64,000 nucleotides of DNA from Candidatus Marinacidobacterales bacterium. Lineage in GTDB: Bacteria; Acidobacteriota; Vicinamibacteria; Marinacidobacterales; SMYC01. A program made the position numbers and the translations under genes. Where the stretch lies: assembly GCA_965237955.1 (NCBI GenBank), contig OZ250169.1, positions 2,016,001 to 2,080,000 on the forward strand. Direction: 5' to 3'. Below the pieces are notes generated by a model. The model worked only from the letters and a program-made list of their open reading frames with translations. It had not been told where the DNA came from and ran no database searches. This document shows, piece after piece, positions 46,567 to 58,419 of this stretch (its first letter is position 1; every line of letters begins with the position of its first letter).

Positions 46567-48135
46567 ATGAGAAAGGCTCTCGCAGAGGGACGTACCCACT
46601 CCCCTGGACGCGTGCGATTGCCAATCGGGCAAGGGCGCTCCGCGGCACGGGCTACCGCGCCGTTTCTCTGTGTGATGGTCGGCGTGCTCGCCTCTACCTT
46701 CCTCACACCATTATCGGCGGCCCAGCAACCTCCGGATGTCGAGCTCTTCTTTCAGGCGGCGAGCTACGACAAAGAGGAAGCGGAGGCGGCGCTGGCGCAG
46801 ATCGCGGAAGGATGGAACGACGGATACGCGACGATGGTCATCGATATCGTTCGTTTCCTGCAAACCGCTCCACGACGACCTCGGGGAGACGATCTCTTCG
46901 ATGGTCCGACAGGGGCGATTAACGCGCCGAGCGCGCCGCCTTCCGGACCGGGCCGTCGCTCCCCCACGGACATGGCACGAGCCAGACTGACGCACTTTCT
47001 GGAAAGACAAACACGCGAGGGCTTCGGTGACAACTTCTTCGGCTGGCGAGACTGGATGTGGAACCGCCCCTACGAACCTCACCCGGACTACGTATTCTTC
47101 AAGGCGATGCTCTATAGACTGGTCGACGAGCGCATGCCAGAGTTCTTTCGGTCCGGAGGGCAGACCCTGATCCGTCTCGACGAGGTGGAATGGGGCGGGG
47201 TCCGGGTGAACGGCATTCCTCCTCTCGATCACCCCGAGCATGTTCCCGCTTCCGAAGCGAGCTACCTCGGCAACGACAACATCGTTTTCGGAATCGCGCT
47301 ACACGGCGATGTGCGAGCCTACCCCAAGCGCATTCTGGCGCGGCACGAGCTGGCTCGAGACCGGGTGGGCGGGATCGAGCTCGCCATCGTCTACTGCACG
47401 CTTTGCGGAACCGTGATCCCTTACGAGGCCGAAGTCGGAGGCGAGCACCGTACCTTCGGAACCAGCGGACTCCTCTATCGTTCGAACAAGCTCATGTTCG
47501 ACGAGGAATCGATGAGTCTCTGGTCGACAGTCGAAGGCCGGCCAGTGATTGGCAGGCGGGCGGGACAGGACCTGGAGCTCCAGTTCCGGCCGGTGGTGAC
47601 GACGACCTGGAAGGAGTGGCGCACCCTCCATCCCGACACGGTGGTGCTATCCCTCGATACCGGCTACGAGCGCGACTACTCCGAGGGCGCGGCGTACCGG
47701 GATTATTTCCGGACCGACCGATTGATGTTCGGGGTTCCGAAGAGGGACAAGCGTCTCAAGAACAAAGACGAGGTGCTGACGCTTCTGCTCCGCCCGAAAG
47801 GAGAGGGCTCCGATGCCGAGCGGAAGACCCTCGCGCTGTCAGCGAAGTTCCTGAAGAAGAATCGCATCCATCATGTCTCCTTCGCTGGCCACGACCTAGT
47901 CGTGGTCACGAGCAAAGAGGGCGCGAACCGCGTCTACGATACTTCCCAGCGACGCTTCGTCAGGCAGACGAAGGACGGTTTGCTCCAGGATAACGAAGGC
48001 AGTCTTTGGCAGGTGACGGAAGACGCTCTGCTGATTGAGGACATCTCGCTCATGCCGCTTGCCCGCGTGCCGGCTCGACGGGCCTTCTGGTTCGGCTGGT
48101 ACGCGCAGTTTCCCGAAACGGAGCTCATCCGCTGA
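46567..48135 (+). CDS. DUF3179 domain-containing secreted protein (start uncertain: 46516, 46567 or 46675)
   Basis: WGGVRVNGIPPLDHP, RAYPKRIL..HE, YCTLCGT, FGTSGLLYRSNKLMFD, FWFGW.AQFPET. Confidence 0.88.
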   Translation: MRKALAEGRTHSPGRVRLPIGQGRSAARATAPFLCVMVGVLASTFLTPLSAAQQPPDVELFFQAASYDKEEAEAALAQIAEGWNDGYATMVIDIVRFLQTAPRRPRGDDLFDGPTGAINAPSAPPSGPGRRSPTDMARARLTHFLERQTREGFGDNFFGWRDWMWNRPYEPHPDYVFFKAMLYRLVDERMPEFFRSGGQTLIRLDEVEWGGVRVNGIPPLDHPEHVPASEASYLGNDNIVFGIALHGDVRAYPKRILARHELARDRVGGIELAIVYCTLCGTVIPYEAEVGGEHRTFGTSGLLYRSNKLMFDEESMSLWSTVEGRPVIGRRAGQDLELQFRPVVTTTWKEWRTLHPDTVVLSLDTGYERDYSEGAAYRDYFRTDRLMFGVPKRDKRLKNKDEVLTLLLRPKGEGSDAERKTLALSAKFLKKNRIHHVSFAGHDLVVVTSKEGANRVYDTSQRRFVRQTKDGLLQDNEGSLWQVTEDALLIEDISLMPLARVPARRAFWFGWYAQFPETELIR

Positions 48136-48395
48136 GTCCACCACAGAAGCTCACCGTGGATACTCGTCGATGGTTCTCGACCGCGTTCGCATTCTGCTGG
48201 GGCTGTGCCGCCGTGCCAACGGCGCAGCCTCTGCTGGAAGAAAACGAAGCCCGTCGTGTCCGAAAACGCGAACGGAGCCGAAATCTCGAGTCCTAGAGGC
48301 GTTTTCGAAATTCGCGGAGACCAGCCGACGCGGCTGTGATCCGCAAAAAAAGAAGATCGCGTATGGACGGGCAGACAGCTATGAGAGCGACATCC

Positions 48396-49844
48396 CGTCC
48401 TGTGCCAAAACTCGGCCCTTTTGAAATAGGCCATAAATCAGCAACTTAGTGTCTGTGTTTGCGCCGGGGCCAAGGGCCGTAGGCTTTACAATCGTCTGGC
48501 CCGAGGGTGTTATCTTCAGGTCCATGATGACGTACCACGTGCAATTCCTACTGCTCGTTCTAGCTGGCTGGGTCAACCGCCAGCAGCAGGATGTGATCGA
48601 CTACCTGCAAGAGGAGAACCGTGTGCTCCGAGCCGGGCTTCGGGGCAAGCGTCTCAGTCTCTCGGACGACGAGCGGCGCAGGCTCGCGGTCAAGGCCCAG
48701 GCTTTGGGCCGCGAGGCGCTGGCCCAGATTGCGTCCGTTGCCACACCCGCTACGCTTCTGCGCTGGTACCGCCACCTCATCGCAGCCAACTACGATGGCA
48801 GCAAGAACCGGAGTCCAGGCCGACCTCCGACGGCGAAGGACATCCGTGAGCTCATTGTGCGCGTGGCGCGGGAGAACCCGACGTGGGGATATACGCGCCT
48901 GCGAGGCGCACTCAAGAACCTAGGACATGAACTCGGACGCAACACTATCAAGAGGATCCTCGCCGAGCACGGTATCGCTCCTGCGCCGGAGCGGGGCAGG
49001 AGCATGTCGTGGAGCACCTTCATCAAGGCTCATTGGGGTGCCATCGCTGCGACAGACCTGTTCACCGTCGAGGTTGTGAACCCGTTCGGGCTCGTCCGCT
49101 ACCATGTCCTGTTTGTCATCGATATCGCCACTCGCTGCGTGTGCATCGGTGGGATAACGTCGGACCCCAACGGGGAGTGGATGAAGCAGGTTGCAAGAAA
49201 CCTCACTGACATGTGGGATGGTTTCCTCCTTGGCAAGCGATACCTCATCCACGACCGGGACCCGCTATTCACCGAGGCGGTACGTGGGCTGTTGAGAGAT
49301 TCAGGCGTGAAGCCCCTTCGCCTTCCCGCTAATAGTCCGAATCTGAACGCATATGCGGAAAGATTCGTTCTCTCCATACGTCGAGAGTGTCTCGACCGCT
49401 TCGTACCTCTCAGTGAGCGACACCTGCGCACAGCGGTAACCGAATACGTAGTGCACTATCACACAGAACGGAACCACCACTCGGCAACGAGCTCTGATGG
49501 AGGTCTCGGCAACGAGCTCCTCACACCTCTGCCGGCAAGCGCGAATGACGCTGGCCCCATCGTGTCGCGAGAGCGACTTGTGGGCATTCTCAACTACTAC
49601 TGCCGTGCCGCGTAGATGGTCGCCGGCGACGGTAGCCCCTCGGCGGGCTCGACCGGCGTAGCGTGGAAACCGCTTCAGGAACACGCTTCGATATTCGCTC
49701 TCGACTAGGTGGTCATCTGCATGGTGACGACCCGCCCGCCCAAGACGATTGTAAAGCCCACGGCCCTTGGCCCGGTCGCAAACACAGGCACTAAGTTGCT
49801 GATTTATGGCCTATTTCAAAAGGGCCGAGTTTTGGCACAGGACG
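48396..49844 (+). mobile_element. rve/IS481-like element bounded by ~100-bp inverted type-A1 ends
   Basis: 48396-48497 is the reverse complement of 49743-49844; flanks ACATCC / CCATTC are not a duplication. Confidence 0.8.
48524..49615 (+). CDS. Integrase-core (rve) DDE transposase, the only full-length copy
   Basis: [14 protein letters not shown]; ATDLFTVE (D), IHDRD (D), NAYAERFV (E); small in-frame insertion after ERNH. Confidence 0.9.
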   Translation: MMTYHVQFLLLVLAGWVNRQQQDVIDYLQEENRVLRAGLRGKRLSLSDDERRRLAVKAQALGREALAQIASVATPATLLRWYRHLIAANYDGSKNRSPGRPPTAKDIRELIVRVARENPTWGYTRLRGALKNLGHELGRNTIKRILAEHGIAPAPERGRSMSWSTFIKAHWGAIAATDLFTVEVVNPFGLVRYHVLFVIDIATRCVCIGGITSDPNGEWMKQVARNLTDMWDGFLLGKRYLIHDRDPLFTEAVRGLLRDSGVKPLRLPANSPNLNAYAERFVLSIRRECLDRFVPLSERHLRTAVTEYVVHYHTERNHHSATSSDGGLGNELLTPLPASANDAGPIVSRERLVGILNYYCRAA

Positions 49845-50284
49845 CCATTCGGGATTGGGCTGACAGCTTTGGTTGGGGCACTCGACCGTTACAGATCGAG
49901 AACGCGCTTATCGCCTTCGAGGTGACTCTGTTTAACAACGCTGTCCGCATTTCAGTAATCCAGCGAGAACGACTCAAAGGATTCTTGTCGATTGGAATAA
50001 ATATAGTCCTATCTGACGATCAGCAAGAGCAGTTTTACGACTTGGAACAGGACGTTGCGGATCTACTTGTAAGAACGCTTCGGATTGAAATGTCACGCAT
50101 GGGAATGGACTTTTCAAACATCGACGTGCCGTTAACTCGTGTCTCACTAGAAAAGAAGTTGCCCATCACTGGCTCTCTGGCACAGCATGAGTTTCTGTCT
50201 ACTGTCGCGCAAGTTAATCGTGCGCGTATTCTATATAGCGAGACCATCGGGCTGACGCTTAACCAAGGCAATATCACTCAGTGA
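49845..50284 (+). pseudogene. Hypothetical protein C-terminal part, cut at type-A tip
   Basis: Open ~145 codons, low GC, begins at the tip. Confidence 0.5.
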
Positions 50285-50712
50285 GCTTGCTGTATTCGAT
50301 GTGCCCGGTGTTTACGAGCCCCGCAGCCGATTTGAGCCAGCCGTGTGCACCCCCGGTGAGCCTGTCACTTGACACCTGCAGCCCAGGGGCCGTAAGCCAG
50401 CCCTGCGGCGCGAAATACCCTCGCTTCTGCCCGGATTCCAAGGGCGTCTAAGCTGCTGATTTGTGGTCTATTTCAAAAGGGCCGAGTTTTGGCACAGGAC
50501 GGGACGCGCTTACGCTCCATTTAGCGCGCAGCGAAGGTCACGAGCGCTATTTTGGCTGTAACTTAATGCACCGTAAAGTCTTAGCGACATCTCACCAACA
50601 CTTGATGGCGGAAGCACCGAGCTTCCTGGAAACGCCCGACCCGTCACCGCAGAACCTCATGGCGATCGCACCCTCCCGCAACCTCGCTGGCCCGTTCCCG
50701 TCGCGGCGCTCA

Positions 50713-52236
50713 TCACGGGCGCGGTCCGGAGCGTCGCTCGTTCCCCTGTGAACCCTGGCGCAAACTGGCGAGCACCTTGCGAAAACTATTCAAGCCAGCC
50801 GCAAGGGTTTCGATGATCTCCTCGGCGAGGTCGTCGGGCTCCGGAAGGTTGTCCAGGTCCGTCAGGCTTTTGTCCTTGAGCCAGAAGATGTCGAGACTGG
50901 TCTTGTCGCGCGCTCTGAGCTCCTCGTAGCTGTAGCTGCGCCAACGGCCTTCCGGTGCGTCCTTTTCGTCCCAGGTCGCCTTGCGCTTGTGCCGGTTCTG
51001 TGGGTTGTAGCAGTGGACGAAGTCCGCGAGATCGTCAAGGCGCATGGGCTTCTTCTTTAGCGTGTGGTGGATGTTGGTACGGTAGTCGTAGTACCAAACT
51101 TGCTTCGTCCAGGGATTAGGGCTGGCTTCGCGGTTATCGAAGAAAATCATATTGGCCTTGACCCCCTGCGAGTAGAACACGCCGGTCGGAAGGCGCAGGA
51201 TGGTGTGCAGGTCGGTGTTGTCCAGCAACTTCTTGCGGATCGTCTCACCGGCGCCGCCTTCAAACAGCACGTTGTCTGGCACTACTACGGCAGCGCGGCC
51301 CGTGGTCTTGAGCATCGTACGAATGTGCTGCACGAAATTGAGCTGTTTGTTCGAGGTGGTCGCCCAGAAGTCCTGCCGGTTGTAGGTCAGGTCGTCCTTT
51401 TCCTGTTCGCCTTCTTCGTTCGTGAAGCTCATGGAACTCTTCTTGCCGAAGGGCGGGTTCGCGAGCACATAGTCAAAGCGCTTGCCAGCATCGGCCACAA
51501 GCGAGTCATTCGGCGATATGGGCGCGCCTCCCTCGATCTCACCGATGTTGTGCAAGAACATGTTCATCAGGCACAGGCGGCGCGTGTTGGCGACGATCTC
51601 GTTGCCACGAAACGCCTCGTGCTTCAGGAACGCCTTCTGTTTCTTGTCGAGCTTGAAGTTGTCCGAATTGGTAATGAAGTCGTAGGCGGCCAGGAAGAAA
51701 CCGCCCGTGCCACAGGCAGGGTCGGCGATGAGCATGCCCGGTTCAGGCTGTACACATTCGACCATGGCACGGATGAGGGCTCTCGGCGTGAAATACTGGC
51801 CCGCGCCCGACTTGGTGTCTTCGGCATTCCTCTCCAGCAGGTTCTCATAGATGTCGCCCTTGATGTCGGCACCCATGGTCACCCACTCGGTATCGTCGAT
51901 CATGTCGATCAAACGATAGAGCTTAGCCGGGTCCTGGATCTTGTTTTGAGCCTTGGTGAAGATCTGCCCCAGCATGCCCGTCTTGGTGCCGAGCTCGTGA
52001 AGCAGAGCGATGTAGTGGCCTTCGAGTTCTGAGCCCCTCTTCGATTTCAGGCTTTGCCAGTTGTATTCGGCGGGGATGCCGACATTGCGATTGTAAGGCG
52101 GTTTGGCATACTCGTCGGCCATCTTGAGGAAGATCAGATAGGTGAGCTGCTCCAGGTAGTCGCCATAGCCGACCCCGTCATCGCGCAGGGTAGTACAGAA
52201 GCTCCAGACTTTGGAAATTATGGGGGCGGTGTTCAT
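50713..52236 (-). CDS. hsdM: Type I R-M N6-adenine methyltransferase subunit
   Basis: GAGQYFTPR, DPACGTGGF, ANPPF, VVPDNVLF. Confidence 0.95.
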   Translation of the reverse strand: MNTAPIISKVWSFCTTLRDDGVGYGDYLEQLTYLIFLKMADEYAKPPYNRNVGIPAEYNWQSLKSKRGSELEGHYIALLHELGTKTGMLGQIFTKAQNKIQDPAKLYRLIDMIDDTEWVTMGADIKGDIYENLLERNAEDTKSGAGQYFTPRALIRAMVECVQPEPGMLIADPACGTGGFFLAAYDFITNSDNFKLDKKQKAFLKHEAFRGNEIVANTRRLCLMNMFLHNIGEIEGGAPISPNDSLVADAGKRFDYVLANPPFGKKSSMSFTNEEGEQEKDDLTYNRQDFWATTSNKQLNFVQHIRTMLKTTGRAAVVVPDNVLFEGGAGETIRKKLLDNTDLHTILRLPTGVFYSQGVKANMIFFDNREASPNPWTKQVWYYDYRTNIHHTLKKKPMRLDDLADFVHCYNPQNRHKRKATWDEKDAPEGRWRSYSYEELRARDKTSLDIFWLKDKSLTDLDNLPEPDDLAEEIIETLAAGLNSFRKVLASLRQGSQGNERRSGPRP

Positions 52237-53810
52237 ACGACGGTCCTCATTTTTCTGGTTTTCTCGGTGGTCTCACCGTTCTTTCTGGCCTGATCCTTAA
52301 CCGCCTTGATCCTGTCCAGAAGAACCGATGCGGGCTCGTCGCTGAGGTCCTGCGCGACGAGTTGACCGGCGAAGGCTTTCTTCAGAACCGATTGGCGAAG
52401 TGCATCTGCCTTCTGCAGTTCCTGACTGATACCCGCTTCCGTTTCATCAACGAGCGACAGCGTCTTCTCAAGAATGCTGGCGACTTCGCGCTGTTCTTCA
52501 ATCGAACAGCACGGAAATGGGTAGTTTGAGAGTTTGGTGCCGTTGATGTTTGACTGGTTGACTCCGTCAGTTTTGACACTGTTGCCGTACTTCCGGGCAA
52601 CGTGCGAGTTGAGGAACAGGTTTACGTATTGGCTGTCAGCAATCGAGCGGATGTGGTTCACACGAATGAGGTATCCTGCGAAGATGGCTCGGCGTTCGCC
52701 CCTGTAAATGGCAGTTTTGCCAACTAGTTCAGGACTGTTAGTACGGTTGAAGAGGACGTCGCCATCGTGAAGCAGATATTCCGAGATCTCATCATCATCT
52801 GAGGTATAGACAAGGTCCGCCCAATCAAACTTCGCATTCTGGATATTTCCCATGCGAAGTACTGGTGCTGTGCCCGCCTTCGCAGACTTTGCAGCTGTCC
52901 CGTATTTCACTCCGCAAGTCAGCGACCCCAGCTTTCGCCATACCCACAATTCTGGCAACTGCGGTAGTTTCGCGATCACATCGTGGGGAACATCAGCTAT
53001 TTCTAGCAGCTTCTTCGGCCTCGGAGGCTTCTTGCCAGCCTTACCGCTTTCTTCCCACATTTTGACAGCGGTCTTCCACTCCTGGAGTTGCAGCTCGTAG
53101 CGTGCCTCCCGCTCCTGTTTGATGCGAGCGAGCAATTGCTCAGGCGTCTCAAGCTTGTCTTTGTTCTCTGAGCGCCATTGGGCCGTTAGCTTGCCTTCGA
53201 AGGCGTGTTTGAGCACAGCCTGGCGGTAGGTTGCCAATTGTGTGCGCGCTATCTTCAGGCTCTCGATGCCCTTGTCCAGTGCGGAAAACAGTTCCTCGAT
53301 CTTGGTCACAATGCGGTGTTGCATGACTGTTGGAGCGAGAGGTATCGGAAGGCTGCCGAAAGCTCTACCAGATAGCTCCAAAAACGTCGTGCCACTTGCG
53401 CGCTTGCGCGCATACTCTCGTGACGCTATCAAGTAGTAGTAGACGAACTCGTTCGAGATGCCAGGAGCGGGAACAAGGCTCTTGAAGCCTTGATTTGTTG
53501 CTAACTGCTCCGAGCTGATGACTACGTAGCCGATTGGCGCGCGCGAGGAAAAATGCACGCTGCCTGCAGGCATCACCTTTGCTGAGCTGTTCGCTAGGCC
53601 GACCCGGGAGATGCTCTTTGTGCCATTCTTGATTGTCTTGGCCGAGTAGCCCGTCAAGTCGGCTGGTGAAATCCAATTGATCTCATTTGACCAATAGGTT
53701 GGTTCCTTGGTTGACGGCGTTCCACCCGCAACGATTTCCCCGATTTTCGACAGGCTCGTCCACGCCCAGTTATCGGGGACTGTCCATCGCAATTCTGGCT
53801 CGTAACTCAT
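52233..53810 (-). CDS. hsdS: Type I R-M specificity subunit
   Basis: Two TRDs; PDNWAW / LPELWVW; RQAVLKHAFEGKLT and RQSVLKKAFAGQL; EPASVLLDRI. Confidence 0.93.
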   Translation of the reverse strand: MSYEPELRWTVPDNWAWTSLSKIGEIVAGGTPSTKEPTYWSNEINWISPADLTGYSAKTIKNGTKSISRVGLANSSAKVMPAGSVHFSSRAPIGYVVISSEQLATNQGFKSLVPAPGISNEFVYYYLIASREYARKRASGTTFLELSGRAFGSLPIPLAPTVMQHRIVTKIEELFSALDKGIESLKIARTQLATYRQAVLKHAFEGKLTAQWRSENKDKLETPEQLLARIKQEREARYELQLQEWKTAVKMWEESGKAGKKPPRPKKLLEIADVPHDVIAKLPQLPELWVWRKLGSLTCGVKYGTAAKSAKAGTAPVLRMGNIQNAKFDWADLVYTSDDDEISEYLLHDGDVLFNRTNSPELVGKTAIYRGERRAIFAGYLIRVNHIRSIADSQYVNLFLNSHVARKYGNSVKTDGVNQSNINGTKLSNYPFPCCSIEEQREVASILEKTLSLVDETEAGISQELQKADALRQSVLKKAFAGQLVAQDLSDEPASVLLDRIKAVKDQARKNGETTEKTRKMRTVV

Positions 53811-56599
53811 CCCGCTAACGCTTCATTCAATTCGTCAATCACGCTATCCATCCGGTTCCCGAAGAGCTTGTACATTTGGCCCATGCCGCCCTTGCTATCG
53901 AACGGAGCCATGTCAAGGTCGTCGCGGTCCAGATGAAAAGAACTGATGACGTGGTCGCGAATCATGCGCAGCCATTCCATCTGCTCCTCATTGAATTTCT
54001 GTCCGCGACCACTATGTCGCGTCATGATCCAGTTCTGGAAGTTGCGCCGCACGGTTTCTGAATAGGGCGAGACCTTCGCATCAATGCCACAGACGCAGCG
54101 GATCAGCGCCACGAGCGCCGTTAGTTCAGTGGCGGGCTGCTGCCCCTTGTAGTCATCGAGCAGGGCGTAGGCCTGCCAGACGCGTAAGGGGGCTAGGCGG
54201 GGCTTGTCAGCTCTAAGCTTGTCGAAGATTTTGCGGATCATCGCGTAGCTCAGCTCACTGCGCCGATGCGGCTGGGCGTAGAAGATGGTCAGGGCTTCGA
54301 TCTCGTCGCGGTTAGCTTCCAGATATTGCTGGAAGTCCTGTGCCATCGCCTCTGCATTTTCCTTGGCGTCGCCCTCCCATTCGGCCCGGAGCACGGTGTC
54401 GAGGCTCTCATGATCGATGGTCTGTTCCTTGTCGCGGCGGATGGAGTCGATCAACTCAATCAGCTCACCGTTGAAGACGGTTGCCGCATCACTGACCAGC
54501 TCGTCCTGAGCTTTTTCGCGTGCGGCCAGTGCCGGCTCAGCGCCGTCTGCGATCGGCTCGATCACGCGGGCCCTGGCCTCAACGCGATCGGGATCGATGG
54601 CGGCCAGCAGATTGCCGATGATCTCGGTGAGCTCTATGCCGCTCGCCTTCTCCCGGATGCGCTCCTGCTCCTGGTGGTCGAGCTGCCGGTTGAGGCGGGC
54701 GAGGCGGCCGGCGAGTGAGCTCACCGTGTCTTCGTCACGAGCACCCATCATCACGCCCATGGCCAGATCCTTGAGCGGGACGGAAGGCTTTGTGATGAGT
54801 GGCTGGCTGGCGGTCTTGAGCGATTTCGTCACACCGACGGCGTCGACAATCACATAGTGCGTCTTGCCGCAGGCGACTGAGGGCGAAACCTTCTTGAGGT
54901 CGTCATGGTCGAGTGTGCGGGTGCCGCGGCCTTTCATCTGTTCGAAATAGTTGCGGCTCCTCACGTCGCGCATGAAGAGCAGGCATTCGAGCGGCTTGAC
55001 GTCGGTACCCGTGGCGATCATATCCACGGTTACAGCGATACGCGGGTAGTAGTCGTTTCGGAACTGGGCGAGGACGGATTTCGGATCTTCTTCGACCTTG
55101 TAGGTGATCTTCTGGCAGAACTCGTTGCGTTCAGCAAATTCCTCGCGCACGGTCTGGATGATGTCGTCGGCGTGGCTGTCGGTTTTGGCAAAAACAAGCG
55201 TCTTTGGGACTTCGCCGCGGCCGGGGAATATCTCCGACAGCTTGTCGCGAAAGGTGCGGACGACAGTGCGGATCTGATCAGGGTTGACGATGTCTCTGTC
55301 GAGTTGCCGGGCGGCATAGGTGACGTCCTCATCCTGGATCTCCCAGCGCTTTCGGCGTGTCAGGCGCTCGCGCTTCTCGACCTTCTGGTCCTCCTTGAGT
55401 TGGCCGCCATGCTTGGTCTTCTCCGTATCGATGACATAAATTTCGTTGCCGACATTGACGCCGTCCGCGACGGCTTGCTCATGGGCATACTCGCTGACGA
55501 CGTTCTTCTTGAAGAACCCATAAGTGCGGTTGTCCGGCGTGGCGGTGAGGCCGATGAGATAGGCGTCGAAATATTCAAGGACCTGGCGCCAGAGGTTGTA
55601 AATTGAGCGGTGGCATTCGTCGATGATGATGAAGTCAAAAAACTCAAGTGGAATCTTGCCGTTATAGACGACCGGCATCGGTTGTTTGGGCTGCACCATC
55701 TCCGCCGGGTTGATCTGCTCCACGGCTTCATCCAACTCCTGGTCCTTCAACAGCGAGTACATACGCTGGATGGTGCTGATGCAGACCTGGCTGTCCTTGG
55801 CAACGAAGGAGGATTTCAGCCGCTGCACGTTGTACAGCTCCGTAAATTTACGGTTGTCGTCACTAGGCACGTAGGCCGTAAATTCCTGCTCGGCCTGTTC
55901 ACCGAGATTCCTGGTGTCCACCAAGAACAGGATCCGTTTGGCGTCAGCGTGCTTCAGCAGACGATAGATCGATGTGATGGCGGCGTATGTCTTGCCGGAC
56001 CCGGTCGCCATCTGGATGAGGGCCCGCTGGCGGTCGTCCCGCAGCGACTCTTCGAGCCCTTCAATCGCTGTGATCTGGCACGCCCTGAGGCCTGAGGGGT
56101 TGAGGCTGGGCATGGTGCGTAGCCGTGCGCGCAGCGGTGCGGGTTGCGTGAACCACCCGGCCAGCGTTTCAGGGCGGTGGAAATTAAAGACCTCGCGCGA
56201 GCGGGGCTTCGGGTCGCGGGTATCGGTGAAGCGCGTCACGACGCCCGTGCTCTCTTAGATGAAGGGAAGCGGCTCCTTGTTGTTTAGCCATTTCAGCTTT
56301 GCGGCCGCGTAGCCAGCAGACTGATCTTCAACCGTCGTGATCTTCTGGCCCCAGTCCTCGGGTTTTGCCTCGATGACGCCGACCGGGTTCTTGTCGATGA
56401 ACAGAACGTAGTCGGCGGGACCGACATCCGTCTGGTATTCGCGGATGGCGATGCCGAAGCCAGCGCTGAAGTCTATCTCGTTTTTCGACTGCACCTTCCA
56501 GCCAGCCTCGTCCAGCAGCTGGTCGATGGTGTCGCGCGCCTTTTGTTCGGGGGTGCGGTTCTTGTCAGCCATTGCTTCGGTCATTTCATATTGAGCCAT
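53807..56599 (-). pseudogene. hsdR: Type I R-M restriction subunit with an in-frame premature TAA at 56255-56257
   Basis: PADY..IEAK, LPFI*ESTG, MATGSGKT, DECH, LTATP, QMKGRG; the two ORFs are in the same frame. Confidence 0.92.
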
Positions 56600-56649
56600 C
56601 GGTTGAACTAGTTTTGCGCGAGTCGGTTTGTGCCGTCGATACTGAAAAT

Positions 56650-56875
56650 ACCGTGATCGGCCAGCACAGCATAGTCTCCCTCGGAGGCAAGCGCGATCTG
56701 ATTGCGCAGGTCTACGACGGACTCATACCCGTTGCGGCGTCCCTTCTCTTTCGTCGTGGCCGGCGCGTTCTCGTAGTAGCTGCGACCCAACGCCTCCGTG
56801 ACCTTACGCTCGAGTGCGTACTGAAGCATCATCCGCGCTCCCGGGATGTGTCTCGAACACGGAGGGCAGCGCGCA
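56650..56875 (-). pseudogene. IS256-family transposase N-terminal scrap
   Basis: ARMMLQYALERKVTEALGRSYYE...RRNGY. Confidence 0.6.
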
Positions 56876-56938
56876 TTGTGAACGTGCGCACCAGTACGAG
56901 CAGAGCTCAACAGATTTGCGATAACGCCGAAGTGACCT

Positions 56939-57090
56939 TGACCTGACCCCACGGTTAGTACCACGTTGTATCTCAGTAACTCGGTGCTGACAAGGGCTGG
57001 TTGAAGCCGGCGGAGCGGAGCCGGTTTAAACCAAATCGTTTCCGGTGAGCAGTTCGTCGCGTAGCTTACAGTTGAAGCTCTCTACGTAAG
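56939..57090 (-). mobile_element. IS3-family 3' scrap with right IR
   Basis: YVESFNCKLRDELL; end GTGGTACTAACCGTGGGGTCAGGTCA. Confidence 0.55.
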
Positions 57091-57265
57091 CTGTGCCCGT
57101 CGTGTCCAAAAACACAAACGAACTCAAGACTGGCGCGCCGTGTTAGCGGCGGGCGTAAATTGCACACTCGGCCATCCGTAAAAGGAGGCCGTTGTCGTGT
57201 GTCTGGAGTGCCAGACATGACGGCGCGCCTTCAATCAGAATGGCGTTTCCGGAGTGGAGGCGCCG

Positions 57266-58419
57266 ATGTACGGAAGGGAGAAACGAGTGTTACTACAAGA
57301 GTATTTGGAGCAGGGAATCAAGAAGGCGGCGCTAGCAGACAAGCTAGGAATCAGCCGCCGAACGGTCCACCACTGGATAAAGACGGGTCAACTGGACCGA
57401 GAGTTGGACGAGGAAACGGTGCGCTACAAGAAGCGTCCGCGGATCGAGCGCAGGATCGACCCGTACCGGGAGATCCTTCATTCGCGCCTGCACGAGTTCC
57501 CGGAGCTGAGTTCAGTACGCCTGCATGATGAGATCCGTGCCGCGGGCTATGAAGGCGGCTACACGCAGGTCAAGGAGTACGTGCGGCAGATTCGCCCACA
57601 GCCACCGGCGGAGCCGGAGCTGAGTTCAGTACGCCTGCATGATGAGATCCGTGCCGCGGGCTATGAAGGCGGCTACACGCAGGTCAAGGAGTACGTGCGG
57701 CAGATTCGCCCACAGCCACCGGCGGAGCCGCTGGTGCGTTTCGAGACCCCACCAGGCCACCAAGCTCAGGTCGATTTTGCACACTTTCGTTTGCCATGGG
57801 GTCGTCGGTGGGCACTTCTCGTGGTGCTCGGATACTCGAGGCTGCTATGGCTTCGGTTTTTCAAGCGACAGGACATGCGGACGTTGTTCGCGGGGCTTGA
57901 GCAGGCCTTCCTATTTTTTGGAGGAGTTCCCAAAGAGCTCCTTTTTGACCAGATGCGTTCGGTCATCGTCGAGGATCACCGCCGGGAAGGTGGCCCTCTC
58001 GTTGAGAACCCAGAGTTCGTCCGCTTCGCCCACCACTGGGAGTTTCGAACAAGAGCGTGTCGCCCGTATCGGGCGAAGACCAAGGGCAAAGTGGAAAGGC
58101 CAATCCGCTATGTGAGAGGAAGCTTCTTCTACGGTCGCCACTTTATCAACGATGACGACCTCGATGCTCAGATCGAGCGTTGGCTGAGTGACGTCGCCAA
58201 CGTCCGACTCCATCGCACAACGAACGACCGATAGAACGATTCGCGCGCGATGAAAGGGCCACTCTGAGACCGCTCGTTGAGCGGCCATATCGCTCTCTTG
58301 TACTGCCAAACCAACCCGCGAGAAGAACTCCAAAAGCCTGCTTAACCACACTGCCTTCGATGGATGTCGAGCATCGTCCCCTCGAAGTCTACACGCGGCT
58401 CGTTGGAGGTGGACAATGA
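57266..58419 (+). pseudogene. istA: IstA with a 114-bp tandem duplication (57500-57727) and a 4-bp deletion near 58220
   Basis: Direct comparison with 9025-10068. Confidence 0.9.
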
